Source: an uncultured Verrucomicrobiae bacterium
GTDB lineage: Bacteria; Verrucomicrobiota; Verrucomicrobiia; Chthoniobacterales; JAFAMB01
Assembly (NCBI GenBank): GCA_963762565.1
Contig: CAVXLD010000012.1
Coordinates: 288,001 to 352,000 of the forward strand
Direction: 5' to 3'
Length of the DNA stretch: 64,000 nucleotides
The position numbers and the translations under genes were made by a program. How positions within the stretch are numbered: the stretch's first letter is position 1; every line of letters begins with the position of its first letter. Below the pieces are notes generated by a model. The model searched no databases. It was not told the DNA's origin and saw nothing but the letters and a program-made list of their open reading frames with translations. Below, piece by piece: positions 20,304-30,565 of the stretch.

Positions 20304-21017
20304 TCACGCCATCGCTTTCTTGTACCGGTCGCCGACGTAGTCCCAGTTCACTACGCTCCAGAATGCTTCAATATATTGAGGACGCCGGTTTTGATGTTTC
20401 AGGTAATAGGAATGTTCCCAAACATCGAGTCCGAGCAACGGCACCTGATGTTTAGATATCGGGCTATCCTGATTCGGGGTAGAAGTGATCTCGAGCTCTT
20501 TTCCGTTTAAGACCAGCCAGCCCCAGCCACTGCCAAAGACGCGGACGCTCGCTTCAGAGAATTTCTTTTTGAATTCGTCGTAACTGGAAAATGTCTTATC
20601 AATAGCAGCTCCAAGATCGCCATTAGGTTTGCCGCCTTCGTTCTTTTTCAGCATCAACCAAAAGAGCGAGTGATTGTAATGACCGCCGGCATTGTTCCGC
20701 ACAACAGTACGGATGTGTTCTGGGAGTTGGTCCAGCCCGGTCAATAATTCTTCGAGAGTCAATTTTTGAAATTTTGGATCAGCTCCTGCGAGCGCTTTGT
20801 TCAGGTTTTCGACGTAGGCAGCATGATGTTTGTCATGATGGATCTGCATGGTTTCGGTGTCGATATGCGGTTCGAGGGCGTCGTATGGGTAGCCGAGGTC
20901 CGGCAACTTATAAGGATAAGTGAGTTTCTCCTCATTTTCTGCTTGGATTAATGAGGGAGCCAGAGTGAGCGCGCCCGCGGTGAGGGCGACAGTCTTAATT
21001 GCTTCGCGACGGGTCAT
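20304..21017 (-). CDS. sodA: Mn/Fe superoxide dismutase with Tat signal peptide (Mn-type signatures)
   Basis: MTRREAIK Tat-like leader; [27 protein letters not shown]. Confidence 0.92.
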   Translation of the reverse strand: MTRREAIKTVALTAGALTLAPSLIQAENEEKLTYPYKLPDLGYPYDALEPHIDTETMQIHHDKHHAAYVENLNKALAGADPKFQKLTLEELLTGLDQLPEHIRTVVRNNAGGHYNHSLFWLMLKKNEGGKPNGDLGAAIDKTFSSYDEFKKKFSEASVRVFGSGWGWLVLNGKELEITSTPNQDSPISKHQVPLLGLDVWEHSYYLKHQNRRPQYIEAFWSVVNWDYVGDRYKKAMA

Positions 21018-21043
21018 AATGGGGTAGCATAGCGAAGGGGCGT

Positions 21044-21214
21044 GTGGGCGAAAGGGCTATATAGGCGAAACGGCGTGTCGGCGAAACGGCGAGAGGGCGA
21101 CAGGGCCGCGGCAGATGGATAGGCGCGGCAGAAGCCTAGTCGGCAAGTACGGCAAATAGCTACCCAGCGCGTCTCGAGGTATCGCCGTTTCGCCCGTTCG
21201 CCCTATCGCCGTTT
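21044..21214. repeat. 8-mer (GGCGAAAC/GTTTCGCC-type) inverted tandem repeat pair
   Basis: Read directly. Confidence 0.75.
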
Positions 21215-21288
21215 CGGACTTCCCGCCTCCTCCCCGATCTCCCCTTGTCATCAGAGGGTGTCGCTCCTATACTCTCGGGCTGTTTTTT

Positions 21289-23091
21289 ATGAAAACTACT
21301 ACTACATCCAAGACGGCCAAACTCCATCCTGGCCCCGAACGGGGCGAAACGATGAACGGCGCCGAGATCCTCGTCGCTAGTCTGGAGCGGGCAGGGGTAG
21401 ATGTAATTTTCGCTTATCCGGGGGGCGCCAGTATGCCGATTCACCAGGCGTTAACCCGGTCAAAGAAGATTCGCACGATTCTTCCCCGGCATGAACAAGG
21501 AGGCGTTTTCGCCGCCGGCGGTTATGGCCGGGCAACCGGGCGAGCCGGCGTTTGTATGGCGACTTCGGGCCCCGGGGCCACCAATCTCGTGACCGGTATC
21601 GCGGATGCTTATATGGACTCGATCCCGCTGGTGGCGATCACGGGTCAAGTTCCCCAGGAAATGATCGGACGCGGCGCCTTCCAGGAGACCGACTTTTTCG
21701 GAATGACACTGCCGGTCGTGAAACACAGCTACCTGGTGATGGATATTCATGAGATCCCCAGGGTGGTGAAAGAAGCATTCTACATCGCGGAGACTGGACG
21801 GCCGGGGCCAGTGGTGATTGACGTTCCGAAGAATATCCAGAACCAGACCGCACAGCCTATTTTCCCAGCCGATTTGACGTTGCGCGGGTACGATCTGCCT
21901 CCACAAGCAGATCTGGTGGCTTTGAATGAAGTGATCGGACTGATTAAGTCTGCGCATCGTCCCATGATTTATGCCGGGGGCGGCATCATCTCTTCGCACG
22001 CAGCCGCTGAACTCTTGGAATTCGCAGAGCGGACCCAGATCCCGGTTGCGACCACTTTAATGGGAATCGGCGGATTTCCTGAGAATCATCCGTTGTCCCT
22101 GAAATGGTTAGGAATGCACGGGACCGTGTATGCCAACTGTGCCGTCAACGAATCGGATCTGTTGCTGGCTTTAGGTGTACGGTTCGATGACCGCGTCACC
22201 GGCAAGGTCGAAAAATTCGCCGAGCACGGGACTATCGTGCACATCGATATCGACTTCTCAGAGCTGAACAAGAACAAGGTGGTCCGGCTGCCGATCCATA
22301 GCGATATCAAATACGCATTAACGGAGCTGAACCGATTGTTGGCGGAGGGCGGGTATGAGCGGCATTCGAACAAGTTCACCTTGCACGGAAAATGGTTCGA
22401 CCAAGTGCAACAGTGGAAAGCGCGTTACCCGCTTGATTTCCAGGATACAGAAGACCTGATCCAGCCTCAGTACGTGGTGAGTCTCTTGAACGAGATGACT
22501 AAGGGTGACGCGATCATTACCACTGGCGTGGGGCAACATCAGATGTGGGCTGGACAATATTATCAGTTCAGCGAACCGAGACAGTTTCTGACGTCCGCCG
22601 GGTTGGGAGCAATGGGTTTTGGGTTCCCGGCTGCTCTAGGCGCTAAGGTGGCGCATCCGGACCGGCAAGTGATCGATATTGATGGCGATGGATCGTTCTT
22701 GATGAATGTCCAGGAGTTAGCCTGTGCTCACATCGAAGGGATCGCCGCGAAAGTGATCATCCTAAATAACCAACACCTAGGGATGGTGGTGCAATGGGAG
22801 GATCGATTCTACAACAGTAACCGGGGCCATACATTCCTGGGTGACCCGCGTGACCGGGAACGGATTTATCCGGACTATGTGCAGCTATGCAGTGGTTTCG
22901 GAGTTCCCTGCGAGCGCGTTCTGCAAAAGAAAGATCTGCGGGCAGCGTTGCAACGGATGTTGGATTCGAAAGAGTGTTACGTGCTCGACGTCATGGTGCC
23001 TTACACCGAGCACGTGCTCCCGATGATCCCGGCCGGTAAGACCTATCGCGACATTATCATCGACGAGCGCCAAGGGAAATTCGAAGGATAG
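21289..23091 (+). CDS. ilvB: Acetolactate synthase large subunit
   Basis: [35 protein letters not shown]...LNN.HLGMV.QW. Confidence 0.97.
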   Translation: MKTTTTSKTAKLHPGPERGETMNGAEILVASLERAGVDVIFAYPGGASMPIHQALTRSKKIRTILPRHEQGGVFAAGGYGRATGRAGVCMATSGPGATNLVTGIADAYMDSIPLVAITGQVPQEMIGRGAFQETDFFGMTLPVVKHSYLVMDIHEIPRVVKEAFYIAETGRPGPVVIDVPKNIQNQTAQPIFPADLTLRGYDLPPQADLVALNEVIGLIKSAHRPMIYAGGGIISSHAAAELLEFAERTQIPVATTLMGIGGFPENHPLSLKWLGMHGTVYANCAVNESDLLLALGVRFDDRVTGKVEKFAEHGTIVHIDIDFSELNKNKVVRLPIHSDIKYALTELNRLLAEGGYERHSNKFTLHGKWFDQVQQWKARYPLDFQDTEDLIQPQYVVSLLNEMTKGDAIITTGVGQHQMWAGQYYQFSEPRQFLTSAGLGAMGFGFPAALGAKVAHPDRQVIDIDGDGSFLMNVQELACAHIEGIAAKVIILNNQHLGMVVQWEDRFYNSNRGHTFLGDPRDRERIYPDYVQLCSGFGVPCERVLQKKDLRAALQRMLDSKECYVLDVMVPYTEHVLPMIPAGKTYRDIIIDERQGKFEG

Positions 23092-23106
23092 CCTTCGAAT
23101 TTCCGA

Positions 23107-23602
23107 AGTGATTGGTGATGGGTGACAGGTGATTGTTGGGGATGGGTTGCAGCATTGGTGGGGCGAGGCTCCTGAATCGCCTGAAATGGTTCGCAAGGCG
23201 GATATGCATACCCTAGACCGACGAGTTTTTTTGTGCCTAAACGCTGCCGAGCTGTTCCCAGCGCTTGCCGACAGAGTCATCTGTAGCCCCATCGACTTTC
23301 CCATCGAAGGAGACGGGTAGCGCTGAGCAGTGGCGTACACCGCTCGGCGGTTTTGAGTTGTAAAAACGCGAAGTTTCAACGTCCGCTAATCTCCCTTGTT
23401 CGAGCCTTTAGGCCTGCCGGAGCCTCGCCCCACCAACGGAGCCCAGCGCTCACCAATCACCAATCACCAATCACCAATCACCAATCACCAATCACCAATC
23501 ACCTCTCACCAATCACCTCTCACCTCTCACCTCTCACCTCTCACCTCTCACCTCTCACCTCTCACCTCTCACCTCTCACCTCTCACCTCTCACCTCTCAC
23601 CT
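23107..23602. repeat. GTGATTG-type arm, family-A split REP doublet (23157-23434), and about 22 tandem TCACCAA/TCACCTC units (23450-23602)
   Basis: Read directly. Confidence 0.92.
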
Positions 23603-23644
23603 TCAGGGTTGTAGGGGCTGCAATTGCGGTTTAAGTCAAGCGCG

Positions 23645-25096
23645 ATGGAAGAGAACGAGCTTTTGGCGGTGCGCCGCCAAAAACTGGAACAGTTGATCGA
23701 AAAGAACCTGGCACCGTTTGGGGGGCGCTTTGATGTCTCCGGGACGATAGAAGAGATCCGGCGAGGATTTGTCGAGGGCCGGAAAGTGGCATTAGCCGGC
23801 CGGATCACGGCTCATCGGAACATGGGTAAGAGCCAGTTCTTGGACCTGAGCGATCTGACCGGGCGTTTGCAACTCTATTTGAACCTCAAAGAGTTGCCTC
23901 CTGAGCAGGCCGAATTGTTCGGGCTCGTCGATATCGGAGATTTTTTAGGTGTTACCGGGGAAACGTTTGTGACCAAGACCGGTGAACCAACGGTTCGCGC
24001 GGAATCGTTGCGACTCTTGTCTAAGACGCTGCGACCGCTGCCCGATAAGTGGCATGGAGTAACCGATGTGGAGATCCGGTATCGCCAACGTTATCTCGAT
24101 CTGATCGCGAACCCGGAATCGCGTCGGGTATTCTTGATCCGGAGCCAAGTCCTCCGCGAGATCAGGCAGTTCTTTTACGACCGCGGCTTTATCGAGGTGG
24201 AAACGCCGATGATGCAGACGGTGGCTGGCGGCGCTGCAGCGCAGCCGTTCCAGACTCATCACAACGCACTGGGAGTCGATCTTTTTCTGCGGATCGCGCC
24301 GGAGCTTTATCTAAAGAGGCTGTTGGTCGGCGGTTTTCCCAAGGTTTTCGAGTTGAACCGAAACTTTCGGAACGAAGGAATTTCGCGGCGCCATAACCCG
24401 GAGTTCACCATGCTGGAAGCTTATTGGGCTTATGCAGACTTTGGGTTGATTGCAGAGCTCGTGGAAGATTTGATCTGCCATCTAGCCGAGCTGATAACGG
24501 GCGGCCTAAAGATCGAGCACAAGGATTCGGAGGGAAACGTGAGGCGGACTGTTAACCTGGCGCGGCCCTGGCGCCGGGCGCGATATCATGATTTGATCCG
24601 GGAAATCGATCAGAACTGGTTCGATCTCACCATTGACCAAAAACGCCGTCGTTGTCAGGAGCTAGGGGTTGAAATCTCACCGGCAATGGCAGAATTCGAA
24701 ATCACTCAGCAGGTGTTCGAAAAATTAGTGGAAGAGAAGACGATCGACCCAGTGTTCGTCACACATCTGCCGGCTGAATTGGTGCCATTAGCAAAACAGA
24801 ACCCGGCGGACTCGAGCCTGGTGGATGTTTATGAGCTGATCATTAACGGACAAGAATTCTCGCCTGGCTATTCGGAGTTGAATGACCCAATTACTCAACG
24901 ACAGAGATTAGTTGAGCAAGCCGGTGAAGAAACCCAAAAGATCGACGAAGAATTTTTGTTGGCGCTGGAGTATGGGATGCCGCCTGCTGGCGGGTTCGGT
25001 TTAGGCATTGATCGTTTAGTAATGCTTTTAGCGGGCGCAGAATCGATTCGGGATGTAATTCTTTTCCCGCATTTGAAACCGAAAACCCGAGAATGA
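23645..25096 (+). CDS. lysS: Lysine--tRNA ligase (class II); ATG at 23645 preferred
   Basis: YRQRYLDL, GGAAAQPF.THHN, LRIAPELYLKRL.VGG, FRNEG, YGMPP.GG.G.GIDR. Confidence 0.98.
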   Translation: MEENELLAVRRQKLEQLIEKNLAPFGGRFDVSGTIEEIRRGFVEGRKVALAGRITAHRNMGKSQFLDLSDLTGRLQLYLNLKELPPEQAELFGLVDIGDFLGVTGETFVTKTGEPTVRAESLRLLSKTLRPLPDKWHGVTDVEIRYRQRYLDLIANPESRRVFLIRSQVLREIRQFFYDRGFIEVETPMMQTVAGGAAAQPFQTHHNALGVDLFLRIAPELYLKRLLVGGFPKVFELNRNFRNEGISRRHNPEFTMLEAYWAYADFGLIAELVEDLICHLAELITGGLKIEHKDSEGNVRRTVNLARPWRRARYHDLIREIDQNWFDLTIDQKRRRCQELGVEISPAMAEFEITQQVFEKLVEEKTIDPVFVTHLPAELVPLAKQNPADSSLVDVYELIINGQEFSPGYSELNDPITQRQRLVEQAGEETQKIDEEFLLALEYGMPPAGGFGLGIDRLVMLLAGAESIRDVILFPHLKPKTRE

Positions 25097-26436
25097 GCGT
25101 CGCGGTTTCGGCTGAGGTCAAAAGGGATACAGCATATGCGCATCAGTTCAGCTTTTATAATCAGCTGAATTTCCAGATCATGTTGGGGACCCCGATGATC
25201 GTGTACGCCAAATCCCTTGGTGCCAGCTCGACCACCATCGGTATTGTTGCGGCTCTGGCCCCTCTGTTAACGGTGCTACAGCTACCCACGGCTTATTTCA
25301 TCCCAAAAGTCGGCTATAAGAAGTTTGTTTTGCTGGGCTGGTTTTCCCGGACGTTGACCGCCTTCAGTCTCGCCCTGCTGCCAGCGCTAACTGCGTTTGA
25401 TAATGCGACGAAGATCAGCCTGATGTTGATGGCCTTGTTCATCTTCAATACCTTGCGAGGGATCTCCACCGGCGCGTGGTTACCTTGGCTAACCTCGTTG
25501 GTTCCGGAGGAACGAAGGGGGCAGTTTCTTCGAAAAGATCAAACCTATGTCCAGGTTGGCGGCCTTCTGGCGATGGTCCTTTCGACTGTTGTGCTATGGA
25601 GCAGCTCTAAACCGTGGCATTTTGGGCTGCTTTTCTTCCTTAGCGCCTGCGCAGCCACGTTGAGTTTCTTCTTTATTCGCTTGGTTCCAGATGTTGAGGT
25701 TGGCGAGCAGGTCCGGACCTCAAGCCAGCCGGTTCCCTGGGCGGCGATGCTGAAATATCCTCCGTTCAAAAAACTACTGATTTTTACAGTGGTCTACAAT
25801 TGGGTGATCGGTGGGCTGGCCGCGTTTGTCGTCGGATTTTTGGAGAATATCGGTGGGTTCAGCGATGGCATGATTCTGGGTTGCAACATGTTCGCGTTTG
25901 TTGGTGCGGCAATTAGTGTCCCGTTAGTTGCCGGTCTTATGGACCGGACCGGGACCAAGCCAATCCTTCGGATCGCCTTAGTTTGTTATTTTTGGGCGGT
26001 AATCTGTTGGCTGCTGATCTCGAGCAATCTGATGGCCACGACTCCGCTGATGGTGGTGTTGATTTACCTAATCTTGGGAGTGGCGGGCGGCCTATTTGGG
26101 ATTGCCAATGTACGAATTGCGATGGACACCATGCCCTTGATGGGCAGAAACCATTTCTTTGCTCTTTTTACAGTGTTTACCTCGATTAGCCTAGGATTAG
26201 CGCCGATTTGCTGGGGGATCTTTTTGGATGCTGTTGGGCACGCCCAGTTCCAGTTGGGGGTGTTCCAAGTGAACCGGTATAGCCTCTACTTCCTGATGCT
26301 GACTGGGCTGGTTGCAGTTACATTTGTTCTGGCTACGCCGCTGGAAGAAAAGAAAGGCGAACCGTTATCCCTCGCACTGCGCGATGCCGTCATCTACGCT
26401 CGGCTCCGTTTATTTAACCGGTTGTTGAACCGATGA
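25093..26436 (+). CDS. MFS transporter
   Basis: About 12 hydrophobic segments; G.LMDRTG.K loop motif; ATGA overlap with lysS. Confidence 0.85.
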   Translation: MSVAVSAEVKRDTAYAHQFSFYNQLNFQIMLGTPMIVYAKSLGASSTTIGIVAALAPLLTVLQLPTAYFIPKVGYKKFVLLGWFSRTLTAFSLALLPALTAFDNATKISLMLMALFIFNTLRGISTGAWLPWLTSLVPEERRGQFLRKDQTYVQVGGLLAMVLSTVVLWSSSKPWHFGLLFFLSACAATLSFFFIRLVPDVEVGEQVRTSSQPVPWAAMLKYPPFKKLLIFTVVYNWVIGGLAAFVVGFLENIGGFSDGMILGCNMFAFVGAAISVPLVAGLMDRTGTKPILRIALVCYFWAVICWLLISSNLMATTPLMVVLIYLILGVAGGLFGIANVRIAMDTMPLMGRNHFFALFTVFTSISLGLAPICWGIFLDAVGHAQFQLGVFQVNRYSLYFLMLTGLVAVTFVLATPLEEKKGEPLSLALRDAVIYARLRLFNRLLNR

Positions 26437-26587
26437 TGGAGGCGCTCATCCCTTGGGAGGGATCGCGTCCTCGCGATCCGTTGTTACCGAAGCCGAGCAC
26501 GCGTTGTGGTCTCGGACGAAAATACGTCTTTGGATTCTGGCAAGTCCTCGCGGCGCGCGGGGACGCGCGCCCTCCCTTCCTTTCAAC

Positions 26588-27904
26588 GTGAAAAAGCCGC
26601 TGCTGCCATTCAGTTATTTTATCGCGCTGCGATATCTTAGACCGAAGAGGACCTTTCTTTCGGTCATCACTCTAATATCGATCATTGGCGTCGTACTCGG
26701 CATTAGCGTTCTGATCATTGTTATTTCGGTGATGACCGGCTTTGAACGTGAGCTGGAACGCAAGGTGATCGGTTTTGATGCGCATATCACGATCAGCCCT
26801 GAGCCGAACACTTTTCTTAGTAACTGGCGAGAAGCCATGAAAGTGGCTGAAAAAGTACCGGGTGTCACCGGCGTAACGCCAACGACTCTGGAACCGGTAA
26901 TCATCGAGTTTAAACAAAGTCGCATGACGGTCCTGGTCCGCGGCCTCGACCCGTCACTGGGAAGCGACAAAGTGATCGACCTCAAATCCGCCGTGGTCGC
27001 AGGGAAATTTGATTTAAACGGCAGCGATAAATGCTTGCTCGGCACTGAGCTGGCCGGTACCCTGGGACTTGAAGTCGGAGACAAGATTACGATCTACTCG
27101 GGTGGTAACCCCAACCACATCATCGATCTGCTGAAACAGGCGCAGGATCACCCCGAAAATAAGGATTCGATCCAGAAAGCGATCGATCTGATTGTGCCGA
27201 CCGAGCTAACGGTAACCGGCATCTTTAGCACCGGCCGGTATCTATACGACTCAAATTATGTGATCGCACCGCTCAACGTCGGGCAGGAGTTATACGGTCT
27301 CGATGACGCGGTCCATTTTGTCCTGGTGAAGACTTCTGACCCTTACAAGGCTGACGGAATCGCGGCTCAACTTAACCGTGAACTGGGCCAACGAGATCCG
27401 CCGTTACATGCCGTTTCTTGGTTGGATCAAAACCGGGATTATCTGGACGCGCTCCGAGTGGAACGCACCACCATGTTCTTCATTCTTACCTTTGTCGTTA
27501 TCGTGGCTGCGTTTGGTATCATGAGTACGCTCATCACGACCACAGTCCAAAAGACCAGGGAGATCGGGGTAATGAAGGCGCTCGGAGCCACCATGGGACA
27601 AATGCTGTGGGCATTTCTTGCCCAGGGCACCTTGGTTGGTTTCTTTGGCACCTTGATTGGGTTGGGTACCGGCATATTTCTGGTGCAATACCGGAACCAG
27701 GTGCGCGATTTTCTTGGGTCTGCTCTTCACATCCATCTGTTCCCGGCCTCGGTCTATCAATTCTCGGAAATTCCAGCGGAGATCGTCCCGCATGATGTCG
27801 CCGTCATCTGTATCAGTGGTTTTCTCATATGCACGGTGGCGGCACTGATCCCGGCGTTCTTTGCGGCCCGACTCGATCCCGTGAAGGCGCTTCGTTTCGA
27901 ATAA
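26588..27904 (+). CDS. Lipoprotein-releasing ABC permease LolC/E (FtsX-like); GTG at 26588 preferred
   Basis: IALRYLR.KR.F.S.I..IS..GV.LG...LI.V.SVM.GF; K.REIG.MKALGA; AARLDPV.ALR.E. Confidence 0.92.
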   Translation: MKKPLLPFSYFIALRYLRPKRTFLSVITLISIIGVVLGISVLIIVISVMTGFERELERKVIGFDAHITISPEPNTFLSNWREAMKVAEKVPGVTGVTPTTLEPVIIEFKQSRMTVLVRGLDPSLGSDKVIDLKSAVVAGKFDLNGSDKCLLGTELAGTLGLEVGDKITIYSGGNPNHIIDLLKQAQDHPENKDSIQKAIDLIVPTELTVTGIFSTGRYLYDSNYVIAPLNVGQELYGLDDAVHFVLVKTSDPYKADGIAAQLNRELGQRDPPLHAVSWLDQNRDYLDALRVERTTMFFILTFVVIVAAFGIMSTLITTTVQKTREIGVMKALGATMGQMLWAFLAQGTLVGFFGTLIGLGTGIFLVQYRNQVRDFLGSALHIHLFPASVYQFSEIPAEIVPHDVAVICISGFLICTVAALIPAFFAARLDPVKALRFE

Positions 27905-27962
27905 AGTTCTGGTGTCAGCCTCTGTCCCTATTTAAAATGCGGGATTTAGTGGTTACTGAGAA

Positions 27963-28121
27963 TTCACCACAGAAACACAGAGAGGAAGCCGAAAACAACC
28001 GCGAATAGACACGAATAAACGCAGATATTCACGGGGTCGCCCTCGAAAATCTATCTGCGTACATCTGCGTTAATCTGCGGTTAGTCTTATCCTTCGTGTT
28101 CTCTGTGTCTCTGTGGTGAAA
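27963..28121. repeat. Nested 9-mer palindrome (TTCACCACAGAAACACAGAG ... CTCTGTGTCTCTGTGGTGAA)
   Basis: Mirrored arms read directly. Confidence 0.88.
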
Positions 28122-28142
28122 TAAATCGGGGACCCCGCAAGC

Positions 28143-28511
28143 ATGATCGCAGATTGGGAAACGTTCGTCGCGCGGCACACTGGGCGAGCTGAGTTCGATC
28201 TCGGCTTAGTTCAGCCTGGGGACACGCTCCGGGTCGTAACCGATCACACCGATTACGTGTTTGAGATTGTAGAGGGAGCAGAGGCTCAACTCCGGTGTTC
28301 TCGTCCCGATCGTCCCACTGGGCGGGTCCGCATCTCTGGTTGCGGTTTCGCTTTTTCAACGACTTTTAAACCGGGACGATTGTTCTGCGGTGGCCGGCTC
28401 GAATTTACGTTTCTGCGGAATGATATACCGGCTCGGTACCGGACAACGTCGATCAACGCGATCGTTCATAGTCATCGCGGGGAGCGCGACGTGGATTTCG
28501 AACGGTTTTAG
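28143..28511 (+). CDS. Hypothetical protein
   Basis: 122-aa ATG-started ORF filling the gap, globular composition. Confidence 0.7.
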   Translation: MIADWETFVARHTGRAEFDLGLVQPGDTLRVVTDHTDYVFEIVEGAEAQLRCSRPDRPTGRVRISGCGFAFSTTFKPGRLFCGGRLEFTFLRNDIPARYRTTSINAIVHSHRGERDVDFERF

Positions 28512-28596
28512 GGAGTGGGAGGGTTTTCTGGGGTGGTTCGGATAGGACTTATGGGACCTATAGGACCAATATGTCTCTCGGTATCCCAACACTCCG

Positions 28597-30258
28597 TCAC
28601 TCCAATACTCCATCACTCCGCGGTTTTTCCTTCGGTGTTATCCAGTGCTCCGCGACCACGAAGAGAACAGTCATCATCATGGTCAGGGTAAGGAGGAGCG
28701 CGGGGACGTAGCCAGTTCTGTACCGGTCAAGGTCGAGCGTGTGTACGACCCCGACCGTCAGCATGTTGCCGTAAACGGCGGTGCTGACCATGACGGCGGC
28801 CAGGGCTGCAAGCCGCAGGTCTGGCAATCTGCGGCTTAAGAATACTGGAAACAGAGCAGCGAAAAACGCCAACTGGATGAAGGAAGCGACTTTAGCCAGA
28901 CCGATCGCTGCATAGCGCAACCAATTGACGCAATCGACTTTCCAACCTTCCTGGTACACTTTCTCAAGGTTGTTGAGATAGGAGAGATAAGCAGGTTGAA
29001 CCCTTTGGTAGTCCTTCGATTCGGCATCAGCCAATAGGGCCTGCGGTGACGGGCTGAATCGAGCCGCGATATCGATGGCTCGCCGCTTATTCACCGAATG
29101 TGCCGCGAAATCACGGCTTGGCGCTGATAGAAAGATGCGCATTTCCTTGCCGATTTTGGACAGCATTGCCCCGGGTGATTTAATCCAGGTTTCGAAATAG
29201 GTGGAATAACAGAGATTGACCAGCTCCGGGTCAGTTAGCTTTTGTTCGGCCGCGAACGCATGGAAGAAATCTTTTGTGTACATGATGTAGTCGGGCGCGA
29301 AACCGAGGGTGGGACAACCGAGTGGCACTTTGCGGGCTTCGCTCCAGGCTTGCCTCAGCCCTTGATAAAATTGGGCATCCCGGTCAGTGGACGGAGGATC
29401 CGCCTCCGCTCCGCTACGGCGCGACGGGTCCGCCTCCGCTCCGCTACGGCGCGACGGGTCCGCGTCCCCAATCAAGTGTTCCTTTTCCGCGTTCTGCACG
29501 ATCTGGGCAGCGTGTATTGAGACCAACGTGAACGGAAGGAAGGTTCGAGAACTCGCGTCTTTGCGAAAGCCGAGCAGGTTGGGCAAAACGAACAAGCCTC
29601 CGGTAGCGAGTATTGCCGCGTACGTAGGAACCCAGCGTAACGAGCGTGAACCGGTGCCGAAAATGCCCGCAATCAAGAGGAGGAAACTAGGGATCAGCGC
29701 AAGTCCCCAACTCGGCTTTAACAGCAGCACACAATAGGAAGTAAGTAGGGAAGCGGCGCCGAAAAGGATCGCCAGGAAATTTTGGTGCGAAACCCAACGC
29801 GCCCGGATGTAGGCGAGAACGAAAATTAGATACAGCAGAACGAAGAACGCCATCACGCCTTCGGGTTGAACGGTCATTTCGAAACGGGCCTGAGTAGTGT
29901 TCAGCAAATAAATGCCAGCGGTTGCTGCTCCCAGCAGCACCGCGAACCCGTGACAAACAGCAGTCCTTCTCGGAAAGAGCGATAGCCAGATCCGTAAGCC
30001 GACCCAGAAGAGCGGAGCGGCGGCCAGACTGAGACACTGTTGCACGCGGACGATCCACGAAAAATCACCGCCTAATTTCAAGATTAGCGCCAGAATACCG
30101 GGATAAAACCAGGCCCGCCCGTCGGTTTGCTGAAACCCAGCGCCGCCCAGCCAAGAGAGCGCTGGATTCAAATAGCCCCACGAATCTGGCGTAAGAAGCG
30201 GAACGGCGGGAAGACCGGCGCGTTGTTTAATTCCCCAGAGGACGGCTGCCAGCACCAA
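28597..30258 (-). CDS. Polytopic membrane protein, GT-C (ArnT/PMT-like) glycosyltransferase candidate; start uncertain
   Basis: PDSWGYL and R..FYP in first loop, multiple TMs, RY near the C-terminus; carries an in-frame 2x30-bp insertion. Confidence 0.65.
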   Translation of the reverse strand: MVLAAVLWGIKQRAGLPAVPLLTPDSWGYLNPALSWLGGAGFQQTDGRAWFYPGILALILKLGGDFSWIVRVQQCLSLAAAPLFWVGLRIWLSLFPRRTAVCHGFAVLLGAATAGIYLLNTTQARFEMTVQPEGVMAFFVLLYLIFVLAYIRARWVSHQNFLAILFGAASLLTSYCVLLLKPSWGLALIPSFLLLIAGIFGTGSRSLRWVPTYAAILATGGLFVLPNLLGFRKDASSRTFLPFTLVSIHAAQIVQNAEKEHLIGDADPSRRSGAEADPSRRSGAEADPPSTDRDAQFYQGLRQAWSEARKVPLGCPTLGFAPDYIMYTKDFFHAFAAEQKLTDPELVNLCYSTYFETWIKSPGAMLSKIGKEMRIFLSAPSRDFAAHSVNKRRAIDIAARFSPSPQALLADAESKDYQRVQPAYLSYLNNLEKVYQEGWKVDCVNWLRYAAIGLAKVASFIQLAFFAALFPVFLSRRLPDLRLAALAAVMVSTAVYGNMLTVGVVHTLDLDRYRTGYVPALLLTLTMMMTVLFVVAEHWITPKEKPRSDGVLE

Positions 30259-30360
30259 GAGCAGAGCGGCAATATCGAGTTTATAAAAGGAAAGTTTTTG
30301 GCTGCTGATGCGGCAACATGGACAGCCGTGACAGCGCCGTCAACGCCGAGAGCGAGACTT

Positions 30361-30565
30361 GGTAGGGCGAGGCTCCGGAACGACCGAACTGGGGTCGCAA
30401 GGCGGAATTGCTCTCCGCGGTACATGGGAGGCAACACCTTAAAGCTGCCGAGCCGTGGATCGCGCAACCCGCGGCTCGGAAGCTTTTAGACGGTGTACCC
30501 GATATACCGGCGAACCGCATTCAGCCTTGCGACCCTTTTCGGCTATTCCGGAGCCTCGCCCTACC
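30361..30565. repeat. Family-A split REP doublet; its end supplies the hemL stop codon
   Basis: GGTAGGGCGAGGCTCC-N70-GCCGAGCC...GGCTCGG...GGAGCCTCGCCCTACC. Confidence 0.9.

Noticed and set aside
21018..21288. ilv leader peptide/attenuator or adjacent ilvN
   Set aside because: No Ile/Leu/Val-rich leader or terminator pattern seen; the small subunit may be elsewhere in the genome
23353..23634. ORFs with TNHQSPI/TSHLSPL repeats
   Set aside because: Translation of the heptamer tract; no coding evidence
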